From the human T2T-CHM13v2.0 reference genome, Homo sapiens, in the NCBI RefSeq assembly GCF_009914755.1, contig NC_060926.1: a stretch of 64,000 bases of DNA. The stretch is one strand, 5' to 3'. Each line of letters starts with the position of its first letter. Position 1 is the stretch's first letter. Positions 14,116-29,115 of this stretch are shown here, one piece after another. The notes under the pieces were generated by a model that searched no databases, was not told the DNA's origin, and saw nothing but the letters and a program-made list of their open reading frames with translations. Made by a program: the position numbers and the translations under genes.

Positions 14116-14465
14116 TGAAGAATCACAGGTGGAATAGATTGTTAAATAAATATTTGTTGATTGTGTATAGTATTAGCGCTTAGCCTAAGGTGTAAACATC
14201 AAATGGGTGAGTGTTAGCAGGCATAAATAATAAAAAGCTAGATGTGGTCATACTTTTTAGGAGTTTGAAGATGCAAGAGAGTCCCACCTTTAATTTCCAG
14301 GGTTTTTAGGACCAAGGATGCTGAAGAAGGCATTGAAATTCACAGTCCAGTTTAGAGCTCTATTGGCAGTTGTCCCTTCAGAAGCTGGATAACTACGGAA
14401 CAAAAAGTGAGTCATTTCACTAGTTTCAAATGAATTTTCCAAGTGGTCAACATAGAATTTGTGAG

Positions 14466-14862
14466 TGTTATAGATTGAATTGTGTCTATCTCCAAATTTT
14501 TATGTTGAAGATCAAACCTCCAACATGACTATATTTGGAGATAGGGTCTTTAGGGAGTTAAGTAAAGTTTAATGAGGTCATCAGGGTAAGGTTTCAATAG
14601 ACTAGTGTCCTTCTAAGAAGAGAAAGAGAGACAAGAGGGCTCTCTCGCTCTCTCTCTCTCTCTTTCCCTGCAGAGCAAAGGGCAGTTGAGAAAACAGCAA
14701 GAAGGTGGTGTTCTATAAACTAGAGAGAAAGCCTTCACCAGAAACCAACCTTTACCCTCATCTTGGACTTTCAGCCTCCAGACCCATAAGAAGATACATT
14801 TCTCTTGTTTAAGGCACCTGGGCTGTGATATTTTGCTATGGCAGCTTTAGTAGACTAATACG
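14466..14862 (+). mobile_element. MLT1A/B MaLR solo LTR
   Basis: tgttatagattgaattgtgt...tatggcagctttagtagactaatacg; exact 5-bp TSD gtgag at 14461-14465 and 14863-14867. Confidence 0.88.
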
Positions 14863-16249
14863 GTGAGATTTCTTTATTGCTTTTCCTATTAGAATAAGAT
14901 TGCACAGACGGAAGTTTATGTCTTAGAATAGTTTTTATATCAGCCTTTATCTGCAATCAACATTCTACCTGTGTTACCCAGGAGAGGAGTAGACCTGGGA
15001 TCTCTCTGGCCACCAAGAATAATCATAACTATCCCTCTAGCTCGCCCCCTTCTGTGGGACCTGCCTTGCTGATCAGGTATTCGCCGGGAGGAGAGGGTTG
15101 TCTGCCTGGAGTGTATTTGCATTTGGTGTTCTGTACAGTTTTCACATCTCCTCTTGCAAGCATTAGCCATCATTTGATTTTTAATGATGAATTATCTAAA
15201 TATGATTTCTGTCCTGTGTTTTAGCAGCTCCTTGAATTTTAATCTGCTGCTACTGTCAATTCCAGTCACTCCATTTTAAATAGACTGCTCCATCTGTGGC
15301 TCCACGTTTTTGGCATCACCAGTGGGAAGTTCTTGGTGGCACGTAGTAGTCACAGACAGTAAGAATCTACCTGTCCCACATATCAGAATTCGAAAGGATG
15401 CTACCTCTCTGAAGCCTCACTCACCCGCTGTTGGGTAGCAATGGTACAGTGGTTCCTGAGCTCACAAGGGGAATGAGCAGAAAAATTGGGTTTGCAGATT
15501 GCCAGGTCATCAGGAAAAAACAGACATATAAGTGGGGAGCTTACTACAAAGGGAAGGTAACAGGCACAGTCATCTTAAGGACGTGTTAGAAAAGCCCCAG
15601 ATTTCATTTAAACCTTCTAAAAATTTGAAGACTGAATGGCAGAGACTCAGGAGCGTCACCACAGTGTTTTTTTCAATAGAAGAACATGTAATAGAAAAAT
15701 GCTATTCAAATACTATCATTATCAAGAACTTGTGAGTTGGGATCAGTTTGGAAGTATTAATTTTCCATATTAAGCCACAATGCAGAGGCAACTAAAGGAG
15801 GTGCTGAATTGTAGCCAGGTGGGCAACAATTACTCTTCTTTTGCATAGCACAGATTACGGCGTATACTAGTCACTCCATAAATGTTTGTTTTTACTTGCA
15901 GCTTACTATTTCTGTTGGTTCTATGTTATTTAGCAAACGATTTACTCTCTTAATTTATTCAATTACTATTTACCGAATCCTCCACCCTCCAAGTTAGAGA
16001 AAAAATGAAAACAGATACAGGGATCTAGGGATGCTAACCTGTAAGGGAATATAAACCATAAACATAAGTAATGTTTTGCTTTGATAATATGCAGCACCAC
16101 ACCATTTTTTCTTACCCTGCTTAGATTGGGCAGGCACAATCGTAGCTACTCAATGGTTATGTGTTGGCTATCAAATAGGTCTCTGCTGTAAGAGTATGAT
16201 TAGGAAGCTGGGGCTCACAGATACGATCAAATGCATCTAGTGAAACTAT

Positions 16250-16390
16250 TAATCACAATTTTCATTTTAAGATAAAAAAGAACACTGGCTGAGAGAGGTA
16301 AGTGGTTTGTCAAAAGTCATGTAACCACTCTGTGGCAGATCCACCAACTGAACTCAGATCAAATTCCAAATGCCAAGCTCTTTACCTTAT
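16250..16390 (-). mobile_element. MIR fragment
   Basis: 'cattttaagat...ctgagagaggtaagtggtttgtcaaaagtcat...gtggcaga'. Confidence 0.6.
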
Positions 16391-16904
16391 TTCATATTGC
16401 ATAAGAGAACTTCAGACAAAGTAATTTGCAAAAAAAAAAAAGAAATTGAAAATTATCTGTGCACACCACAGAAGAGGAAATGAGTATGTGAATCATGACA
16501 TTGCTCAGTGGTAGAAAATTACGTAGCCATAAAATATTATATTACTAAAAGTGATCTTTTGAGACAGTTTTATGTGTCCGTGTTATGTTTGTGTGGGGGT
16601 TAGGGCTTGAGTAGGGGTTGACAGCATAGAAAAGTGTATACTTAGCACAAATTACAACTACACTCAAATATAAATCAAATGAATATAAAAGAGAAAATCT
16701 AACATAATATATTTTTATAGAGGAGTTTTTCTTTTTTGTCACCTTTTCTATTTATTTCCTTCTGCTTATGTTCTCTTTCTACTCCTCTTGCTCTCTCTCC
16801 ATCTTTTTTTGCTTTTCTTTCCAACTCTCTCCTTTGTTTTTCTTTATTGTTTCCAAATTTTGGATAATAAGCAAGTATTATTGATGAGAGGAAAATGGAA
16901 ATTC

Positions 16905-17150
16905 TGAGGAGAGAAATTACTTCCACCTGAAATGCTCAGACAGAGGAAACGCTCCACGTGAGGAATGGCATCCACGAGGCAGGGTGAAGAGATGGTGCAC
17001 CGCAGGAGGTGTGCAGGGACAGCGTTCCAGGAGCAGGACAGTGAGTGCAGAGCCCTCAGAGCAGTTCAGCCCCTGGAAGCAGAAGATGCCAAGAGTGGAA
17101 TGATGGAAACTAAGGTTGGTGAGGTAGGCTGTAGCCACTCTAGGCATTTG
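16905..17150 (-). mobile_element. L2 fragment
   Basis: 'agcgttccaggagcaggacagtgagtgcagagccctcagagcag' resembles antisense L2 3' region. Confidence 0.45.
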
Positions 17151-17900
17151 TGGGGTGGGAGGGAGTTGTCTTCATTTCTCTGTGTGTGATTTGGTTTTAT
17201 GTAATTGGAAAGCAGCCTTGTATTTTTAGCACAGCCCTCAGGAACAAACTTGCAAAGTCTGTTCTGTCTGAAGGCGCAGAAGGCAGAAAACTCTTAGTTT
17301 TCTCGAAACAAATAAAATAGAAATAGTCATGCTCATAAGTAGATGTTAAATCTAGGGCAGGTACTTGCCAAAAACATAGGGCACTTGGCAAGATCTCCCA
17401 GAGCCATTAAACATGAACACTTATTACTGAATATTTATGGTCTGCACGAATCTTGAAATGGCCTAATTTGAGTGTCCCCCAACAGTTTACGGCAGGTATT
17501 TCTATAGCAATCATGAACACACTAGCGAGTTTCAGCAGCAAGGAAGTCAGCACTATTTTTGCCTTGCATTTTCATGCTCCCCAAGTAGCATAGGTGTACA
17601 TTTCAGATAGACATAGTTTAGCACAGATAGTATAAAAACATTATTTTTCAACTTCAAATAGTTTCACTTGGAAATAGCTTTCTCTTTTAAAGAATATCCT
17701 ACTTCTATTTTTATTAGGTAAGAAGAGAAAACAATTAATTCTAAATATTGCTGGGGTGGATTTCCATCACTGATTCTACCTAAGCCTTCTTTTGCCCCTG
17801 ATGAGTCCCATGATTTAGTTTCTCTTCACTGGTACCTTAACCCAGGGCCAATAACATCAGGATGCATTTTGGACTTATTTTAACCTCTTCCTTTATTTCC

Positions 17901-18231
<331 letters not shown>

Positions 18232-18382
18232 TCTTCCTTTACTTCTTGCTACAAAAGGAGATCAACTCTCCCCCCATATTCTGTGGCTCAGGGAAGCCCT
18301 TTGCTGTCTCAGTGTGCCAACCTCTGATTTTCTGTGGGTTCTTCCCAGCTTTAGTTTTGCCCTACAACTGGAGTCCACCCAG

Positions 18383-18580
18383 TAGGAAAGTGTTTGGGTT
18401 TTGAGGTGATCGACTTAAATTGTCGCACTTCACTAACACGATGGGAAGTTACTTCCATGTTTGTGCCTTAGCCTCTCATGTAAGAACAGGACTAATAATA
18501 CCTTACTCTTAAGAATGGCAGAGCTGTTGTTTGGGGTAACAGCTATAACCTTGCTGAGCATAATGCCGGGCCCCAGGCAG
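18383..18580 (+). mobile_element. MIR
   Basis: 'gggaagttacttccatgtttgtgccttagcctctcatgtaagaacaggactaataatacc'. Confidence 0.5.
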
Positions 18581-19714
18581 ACGGTGCAGTCTGACTCAAC
18601 TTCTTAGTGTCCATAGCAGTTACGTTCTGTCTGGCTCTGAATTAGCCTTTCAAGTCCTGTCATGGAAGGTGAGGTGAAATTTCATGATTTTTCAACTTTC
18701 CCTCCTGCTAACATGGTTTAAATACTAGTCTAAAAATGGTTCTTTCAAATGATTTATCATTTTTTATTTATCACAGTCATTTTTCTAAGAGTAGTCAACA
18801 ACTGATGTCATGTTGAAAAGGATCCCCTAAGGTGTAGAGTGGATAAAACTGGGACTGACAGGAAATCCATGACATAGAGAGGTATCTGCTCTACTCCCTA
18901 AGGCCAGGTCCCTTGGGGAGATTAAAACTTTGAGGTGCCAGGACTGCATATTCAGGCCAAGGACACCACCACGCCATTTCCCTTTCAGTCTATTCTTCAG
19001 AATTAACTATCTTTGATGCTAGGAAAGTCTTCCATTTACTTGAGTCTAGCTCCAACACTAATTAAACCTGAAAATTAGATATGAAGGAAAAATATTTCAA
19101 AGACTTTGCCAAAATTTAAGTAAAAATTGCTCACATCTTGGTGCAGATTCAGGAGTGATTAACTTGTTACCACTTATAGCTCTTATATCTTCTTATCATC
19201 TTATTATCTTGAAAATGAACAGCAGGGTATTATATAATCTGGCAGGATTTATTGCATCAGATAATAGAAATATGATATTTGTTGGCAATACCATTTAATA
19301 TTCATTTCTAGAACATTCCTCATATAGACATAGAAGTGAGTAAAATGTACTTCTGAACCAGTTTCAAGATTTGGGGTTAATATGAAATGGGAGATGATGG
19401 GATGAATTTTCTTTTATTTTTCAGAGACTGAAATGAGACCACGGCTACTGTCATATAAGTTCAGTGGTGTAACTTCTGGCACCTCATTCCTTCCATAGCC
19501 CCATCATGGTTGGTCAGGTGTGGCGCCAAAGTGGAAGGGAGGATACGAGATGTGTTTTAGAAGCATAAATACAGGGTGCTAACGGGGAGGTATAAGGGGG
19601 CCTTTCAGCAAATTGTAAAGCAGCAAAATGTAGGTAAAGTGTGGCTACACCTAACCTCCACCCCAAGTCCATTTTCTTACTTTTTGCTATATTTCACAGT
19701 CTTCCCTTTCCCTC

Positions 19715-19717
<3 letters not shown>

Positions 19718-19768
<51 letters not shown>
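19718..19768. repeat. (CA)~25 microsatellite
   Basis: Direct reading. Confidence 0.97.
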
Positions 19769-19769
<1 letters not shown>

Positions 19770-20464
19770 CCAGCAGCCTGTAAGGCATAAAACCGTCACG
19801 ATTGATAAGGGTTTTTCAGATAATGTGGGGGTTCTGCAGTCTGGATTAGCAGAGAAGGGCTAACTAAGAGATTTAACCTCCATCAAACTGCTTTTCTACT
19901 GGAGGCTGAGAGTGAGGAATGGGATGTAGGGATGCAAAGGGATGTAGAAGTCTTGGATCCCACTGGATTGATTTTAACACCAAATCAAGTCTTAGCTGAG
20001 GATTGGAGCAGAGTAGCAGAACCTCTTGACATTTAATAGTCACGCTTCTCAGTGGGCCATTCAGTTTAAAGCAGGACTTCAGCCAACCCTTGGATCATCA
20101 GAGAACAAGGCTGAGTGCCAAAGACTTGTCAAGGAGACTGTGCCTTCATTGTTCCAATATATTTTACCTGCACCCCTATTTTTTAAAAAGCACCTTCTTC
20201 CTCAATATACACACATTTATTTTATATAAATTATATAAATGTTCTATTGTACTTCTTAAAACAAAACATCATACACGTACCTCATAAAACAAGCACAAAA
20301 ACTGAACAATTACTTTAAAAGGATAAAATTTTAAATATAACTGCAAATAGAGGTTATACTTGCTTGCTATGCTTCAATGGATCCCTTTGCACAATCTCTC
20401 TCAGACAAATGGGCCAGGGATCATGGGAAGGCTTGGATGCTCTGGGAGCATTTCTTGGAAACTA

Positions 20465-20880
<416 letters not shown>

Positions 20881-21494
20881 TCAACCCCAGAAGAATGGAT
20901 ATTACATACATGACAGCAAAACTGATGCTATGCATTCTAAACTCCCAGAACTTGGAATCTGAATATATTCTTTCCCACTGCAAAGATTGCTCTGGAAGCT
21001 GCATAGAGCTAAATATGCAGACAGAAGACAACAGTGATGCAGGGTGAATAGTATGTATATTTATAATATAAACTGGTAGAATATACACACCTTTTCCTGG
21101 CAGATTCAGTGATTTCTTAGAGGTCTCTCAGGAGAATGAAGCATCTCTATCCCCGTTTTCCTACCACTTTAGGCTAAAAGAGGTGAATGCAAACTTGGAA
21201 AGTCATGAGAGAAAGGATCAACTTCTGAGTTTCGGAGTTCTCTGGGATTCCAGGAAATGAGGTACATATGAAGTGGACTGAAACCCAGCAGAAGCCTCGA
21301 ACCAAAGGGGTACTGGGTATGTTTTTTTTCTCAGCAAGGGAAGCAACATGGATTTCTTAGAAAACATACGCTTTAGCCCATGAGCCAAAACACGGTAGGT
21401 CTGTTAAGGAGGTAAGTGGTGCAGTGCCAGTTTAAGAGGGGATGTAACCTTTGAGAACTAGTCTGCGGTGTCATTTATTGTTTTAAATATTTCT

Positions 21495-23009
<1,515 letters not shown>

Positions 23010-24529
23010 CTTCCCGTTGCACTGCCGCCTTGCTCTGCCCTCCCACTGTCCTTGGGCACTCTTTGCACTTTCTTTTTTGATCTTCACTCTCCCCTTTAAC
23101 ATCCACAAACCCTAGATTTTCTTTGCTTTACATTTTGACAAAGCTGTATTGTATGTGCAACTGATCAGCACAGAAATCACATCTGCTAAAGTGAATTAAA
23201 TTGGTTTGACTTAATTTAGGATCCGTGTGGCAATCATAACATGCAAACATGCAAGAAATAACATGGAGAAAAAAATTTCAGCGTTTATCAAAAACGTCAG
23301 GAAAACTTTCTGATCTGAAAGGCTATGCCTAACATTTGGTTATATCTTGGTTGACTCATACCCATTTTTGAGAGCAGGTATTATTGGGAGTCTTTCAAAC
23401 ATAGTAAACACAGCAGTTTAACCACTATCACTCTGCTGAGGCTGCATCCGTAAAGCATTTGCCATTAAATGAACTGTCAGGGGAGTTTTGTTAGAAAATT
23501 AGCCCTTTTATTCACAGAATACAAGTAAAAATAAATGACGAGAAAGCAGAGAGTTGCCAACAGGACAAAGAAAACCGGATTTTTGTACTGCTTGGCTTTA
23601 ACACAGTAATTTTCCCTAATTGTGGTGTTCGAGAGCCTCCGGGGGAAAAGAGAGACAGGAAATATGTCAAACTGTGTAACTTTTCTCAAAGAAATAGCTG
23701 GTGCTATCAATCTCTCCATTTGAGATGAACTGCCAGCGAATACTAATGGCTGGGAGATCTGCATCATTGATCTTCATCAGGCGAGTGTATTATCCTTAGT
23801 GAAGTGCTGCTGTACCGCCCGCGCTGCCCACCTCCCAGTGCAAACCGCCGCTTCCTCTTTCTCTTGCCTGTAACTTTCATTTTAACTTTTGAGTCATTAA
23901 TCAAGGCAGTGACCTTGACTACGAAAGTCTAAATTTGGTGAATAAATGGAATGGAAATCTGAAGATGTACAGCTCCAGAAACAGGAGACCGTACACTGAT
24001 TCTTGACTGTTGTAGTAGAAACGCTGAAGGAATGATACCATTTACTGCAAACTTCTGAACACCTGCTCTAGTGTCTCAGCTTCCCACTGTCCTCAAATGA
24101 TGGAATTTAGAAAATTAATGTTACCCGTAAGTGCCTTTTATTGTTCTAATTTTCAGAAAGAGTGATTATAAAACTTGCAGATGAGCTTTGACACAAAAAT
24201 GCAAAATGAGTCTTGTTTTTCTCAATTCTGATGGCAGATTTCTTCTCTACAAAATGTATTGACTTTGCATACAGGCAGATTTAGATTTTAATCCCAACGA
24301 AGCTGAGAAAATTTCAGGAAGTGTCAGGGTCAAGGGGTCCTTGGGAGGGACTTCACCTTTACCTTCACCTTTCTACTCAGCTCCAGTCCTCCCTCTAGCT
24401 GTCCCAAATGAACCCAGGATCTCCGGAACAGCCTGTTTTCTGTGTAAGCATGACTGTTTGCTGTGTACATCCTTAGCCTTGCCCTTGGCCAGAGCGCTGC
24501 CCTGAGGATATCTATAGGGGACTTCTGGA

Positions 24530-24680
24530 ACCTTCAGCAAGGGAAGCTCAACTTTTCACTTATCTAAGTTTCGGTTTAACATCTGTAAATCTGGGATTCA
24601 CAGTCCCTGTCTTATAATATTTCCTGTGAAGATTAAATAGGGAACATTTTTAAAAGTACCTAGTACAATGTCTAAGATGA
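24530..24680 (+). mobile_element. MIR
   Basis: 'catctgtaaatctgggatt...gtgaagattaaatag...aaaagtacctagtacaatgtct'. Confidence 0.65.
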
Positions 24681-24909
24681 ATGGGATGCTATTTTTTATG
24701 CAATAAAGCTGGTAGTTATAAAACCGGGCACCCAGCATCTGTGAACCTGTGACAGGAAGACTGTAGAATGTGTCATTCTGGAGGGGGAATATTTTATATA
24801 ATCTGCAATTATCTATTCATGATCCTGAAAGTGTTACCAAATTTTATAAAAATATTTCTTGTATCTAGTATACAATTTCTTCTCCCCGCAAAATACATTG
24901 AATATAATC

Positions 24910-25432
24910 GTGTGTGTTGTGTTTCAGTGTGTGTGTGTTTGATGTGTCTGATATGGAGTGTGTGCATGTGTGTATTGTCTGTTGGGGTGTGTATGTGATT
25001 TTCGTGTGCCTGATGTGGAGTGTATGCATGTGTGTGTGTTGGGGTGGGTGTGTGTGTTTGGTTTGTCTGGTGTGGGTGTGCATGTGTGTAGTGTGTTGGG
25101 GTGTGTGTGTTTTGTGTGCTTGATGTGGAGTGTGTACATGTGTGTGTTGGGGTGTGTGTGTGTGTGTGTTTGGTTTTTCTTGTGTGGGAGTATGTGTGCA
25201 TCTGTGTGTTGTGTTTTGGGATGTGTGTGTGTGCTTGGTCTGTCTGGTGGGGGGGAGTGTGCATGTGTGTGTGCCTGTGTGTGTTGTGTGTTGTGTGTAT
25301 ATGTGTGTTTGGTCTGCCTGGTGTGGGGTGTGTGTGTATGTGTGTGTGCCTATGTGTGTTGTGTTTTGGGATATGTGTATGTGTGTGTTTGGTTTGTGTG
25401 GTGTGTGTGGGGGGGTGTGCATGTGTGAATGT
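24910..25432. repeat. GT-rich degenerate minisatellite built from (TG)n
   Basis: About 8 units of ~55-80 nt anchored by 'tgtgg(a/g)gtgtg(t)gcatgtgtg'. Confidence 0.9.
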
Positions 25433-25675
25433 GATATTCTGATATGCCTGTTGTCATTATGAACAGGAATCATGGAAAAACATTCCTTTTCCAACTACAA
25501 GTGTTATATCCCAAAATCCCACGGTAGAAAATTCGAGGTTGAGGACCTTATATATGTTATAGGGTAATAATATTTGGTGCTCCCTGCTTATGAGAAAAAC
25601 TACAAAAACACTTTAAAATAGTTTGACATTTATTAAAATAATGGCACCATGTTAAATAAAAAGGCTATCACTAGT

Positions 25676-25740
25676 GTCAAAATGTCACTGTATCCCATAA
25701 ATATTTACGATTATTTTACCTAATAATATAAGAGAAAAAA
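25676..25740 (+). mobile_element. Extremely 5'-truncated L1MA-type tail (~65 bp) with TSD
   Basis: 'gtcactgtatcccataaatatttacgattatttt' plus A-rich tail; TSD aggctatca(c/t)tagt at 25662-25675 and 25742-25755. Confidence 0.7.
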
Positions 25741-26319
25741 GAGGCTATCATTAGTATTTTGCATACCTGAAACTTATAATACTAGATATGTAAAATGAAA
25801 TGTATCCTTATCATCTCTTATTTACTAATCTTCTACCTGAAAATTCCTCTGAAATGATGGAGTGGATTTATTTTATTTAATATGCCAAGGGGATCTTGCA
25901 TTGTTTATCTCTCCTTTTCTGATTTTGTCTCCAGCCGCTGACCTTTCCTTTCTCATCTTCCCCATGCAGGTCTATGTCTGGAATCTGAAACATTGCACCC
26001 AAAGCGGCCCTGCAAAGTCCCTCCCCACCACTGGGCCCTCTCCCTCCCCAAAGGCTACTTTCCTTTTTGTTACTATTTCCTAAAAGGAATGACTTTTATA
26101 AATTTAAATAAACACTCATTATTTTGGAAAGAGATGTGCAAAAGTAAATCTGTATTTAGGCAATTATATTGTAGGAACATGCAGTTGGAAGGATTACTGT
26201 GACCCTAAGTGAGGGATGGCTATCCTGTGCTAACTGGCCCTTCTGAACTGTACTCCTTTATGTTTTAGCATTCATGTTAAAGATCACTCAATGATATATG
26301 TAAGCTTCTCTTTCATATG

Positions 26320-27670
26320 TCTACGTGACTGTATGTTCCTACCATACTACTTGAATATTGTAACTTTGTAATATGTTTTGAAATCAGGAAGTGTGAGGCC
26401 TCCAGCTTTGTTTCTCTCTCTCAAGATTGTTTTGGTTATTTGGGGTTCTTTGAGGTAAATATAAATTTTAGCATTTTTTAAATAATTTTGAAAAATTTTT
26501 TCCAATTTTGAAAAAAATGCCATAGGGATTTTGTTAGGGATTCCATTGAATCTGTAGATCACTTTGAATAGTATGAACATTTTAACAATATAAAGTCTTC
26601 CAGTCAATAAAGATGGGATATCTTTCCACTTATTTGTGTCTTCTTTAATTTCTTTCAGCAGTCCTTTGTAGTTTTCAGTGCCTGTCTCATGCCTCTTTGG
26701 TTGAGTTTATTCCTAAACATTTTATTATATTTTTTGATGCTATTGTAAATGAGATTAGTTTCTTAGTTGTTTTTTCAGGATGTTCATTGGTAGTGTATTG
26801 AAATTCAACTGATTTGCTGCATTGTTGTTTTAGTTCTAATAGAGTTTTTTGTGTGAAATCTTTAGAGTATTCTACTCATAAGATTATGTCATTGTAAACA
26901 GAGTTAAATTTACTTTTCAGTCTCTGATTCCAATGTTTTTTTTTTTTTTCCTTGACTTATTGTTCTGGCTAGGATATCCAGTACTATGTTGAACAGAAGT
27001 GGCGAGACTGGGCATCTTTGTCTTGTTCCTGATCTGAAAGGAGAAGCTTTCAGTTTCTCAACATTAAGTGTTAGCTGTGGGCTTTTCATAAATGGTCTTT
27101 TTTTATATTGAGGTAATTTTCTTCTGTTCCTAATTCATTAAGAGTTGTTTAAAATCATGAAACTGTGTTAAATTTTGTCAAATAATTTTCTGCTTTAATT
27201 GAGGTGACAGAGGCATTATTGTCCTTCCTTCCATTAATGTAGTATGTTATATTTATCAGCTTTTATATATTAAACCATTCTTGCATTGCAGGATGGTCAC
27301 ATGTGTAATACTTCTAATGGTTGTTGAATTTGGTTTGCTAGTATTTGTTGAGAATTGTCACGTCAGTATTCATCAAGGTATTGATTTGTCATTTTCTTCT
27401 CTTACAGTGTCTTTTTCTGGCTTAGGTATCAGGGTAAATAAACACTGACCTCATAGAATAAGTTTGGGAGTGTTCCTCTTCTTCAATTTTTTTGAAAGAG
27501 TTTGAGAAGAATGGGTGTTTATTCTTCTTTAAATGGTGGGTAGAATTCTCCAGTGAAGCTATCTGGCCCTGGACTTTTCTTTGTTAGGAGATTGTTAGTT
27601 ACTGATTCAATCTCCTTTCTAGTAACGGGTCTATTCAGAATTTTTATTTCTTCGTGATTCAATCTTGGTC
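26320..27670 (-). mobile_element. Old L1M ORF2 internal fragment
   Basis: ORF-track peptide [16 protein letters not shown]...[16 protein letters not shown] is homologous to L1 ORF2. Confidence 0.88.
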
Positions 27671-28039
27671 TTTCTTTTTCTTTTAATAGCTGCAGATTAG
27701 TTTCTCCCAGTGTTTAATCTGAATCTTTTTTTTTCCAGTTCTGAATTTGAAGTTTGTAAAGTTCACCTAGGTAGGACAGAATATCATTGGAAATTGTACC
27801 AACAAATATTTCCTGATGTAATTTAATAGGCTGAGTTTCAAGCTCAATTTTGTTATAATGATTGAGCTGAAAAAACCTTGGAAAACAATGTTCCAAACTT
27901 TCTAGCTGTGTTCAATACTTACAATAGTAATTGTTCCCTTTCATCTGATTGAAGGGATACAGAGATAAAATAGCCATAAAATAATTTTGATTTAACATGA
28001 CTTTTCTGCTCAAGATTGCAAAATTATTTAACAATGCAT

Positions 28040-28492
28040 CGATTCCAATAAAATTGTGATCTCTTATTTTTTTTTATCACCCTGCCCATCAAATTTCAGG
28101 CTCATGTTTTACTCGTATATTTATTATCTGTATTTTCATAGCCCACTTCCTAACCACCCACCACAGCTCAATATTCTAAGGTGCTTAAGGCGATTCATAT
28201 TGTTTTGCATCATTCTAGTCAGTTACGTAGAATTGTTCTGTGCATATAAATCTTAAATTTATTTGAATACCAAATTCATGTTGAATAGATTAATTAGATT
28301 CTCAATTTTTCCCTCAGCAGCCTGTTTTTAAGATCCAGTTATAACAAGAGGCACACAGCTAATCTGTCACTTCTAGGTGCTTCATAGAGTTCTAGGATGT
28401 GCAGTCATATTTCATCTGCCCACTCTCCCACACATGAGCAGATGGCAGCTGTCCCCACCCACCACATCTGCAATGAACATCTTTGTACATCT
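28040..28492 (-). mobile_element. Ancient L1ME/HAL1-like 3' fragment
   Basis: 'tgtttttaagatcca...ctgcaatgaacatctttgtacat' antisense L1ME/HAL1-type motifs. Confidence 0.45.
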
Positions 28493-28982
28493 TAATTCTG
28501 GTTTTGTAACACCTTAGACTGACATGTCTCCCACCATCTGATGGACTTTTGTAAAATCTCAAAATATTCTCAAAGAACAGTTCATTTTAGTTCACTTAAG
28601 ATTTTAGAGTTCCCCAGAACAAAATAGTAAGTAGAACATCAGAATTTTAAGGATTGGTGAAAACAGCCAAAGCGAGGTATACCGCAGAATACATCAACAC
28701 AACTCTAAAGATTACTTAAGATAACTACTGGTTCTAACAAGGAATTTACCAGTCCTCAAATTTCTCTTGATCCCCATTCAGGCTCATCCAAAGAAAAACT
28801 GTAACACTTAAAATGGCTGGTTTTCAGCCTCTTTATTTTTTTCCCCCATATCATTTTGGTGGGGTCTCAGTCTTCTCAGGGAACCCCACTTTGGCCAGAT
28901 GTCCAGCTTATCTTCCTCGCCATTGCCAACATGTTCTCATCTTACACCTGTATTATCCGTTCTATTCTAGATAATTAGACAC

Positions 28983-29115
28983 TAGGTTGGCTATGCAAAG
29001 TATCTTCCAAATTGGGATCCTTTTAAGAGTGAGAGGGACCCTATCAATAAAGAAGCTGGGGCCATAGGCAAAATTCTGAGCTATGCTAAGCAAATGAGGA
29101 TGCATGGCCATTCTA
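28983..29115 (+). mobile_element. MER81 (hAT-Blackjack) DNA transposon relic
   Basis: 'taggttggcta...ccaaattgggatccttttaagagtgagaggg...gatgcatggccattcta' with degenerate TIRs. Confidence 0.7.

Noticed and set aside
24768-25494. His/Thr-rich and Cys/Val-rich ORFs up to 209 aa
   Set aside because: Translation of the GT minisatellite, not metal-binding proteins.
28434-28451. CTCF-like tgagcagatggcagc
   Set aside because: Lacks the conserved C at the start of the core and lies in an old L1/HAL1 fragment.
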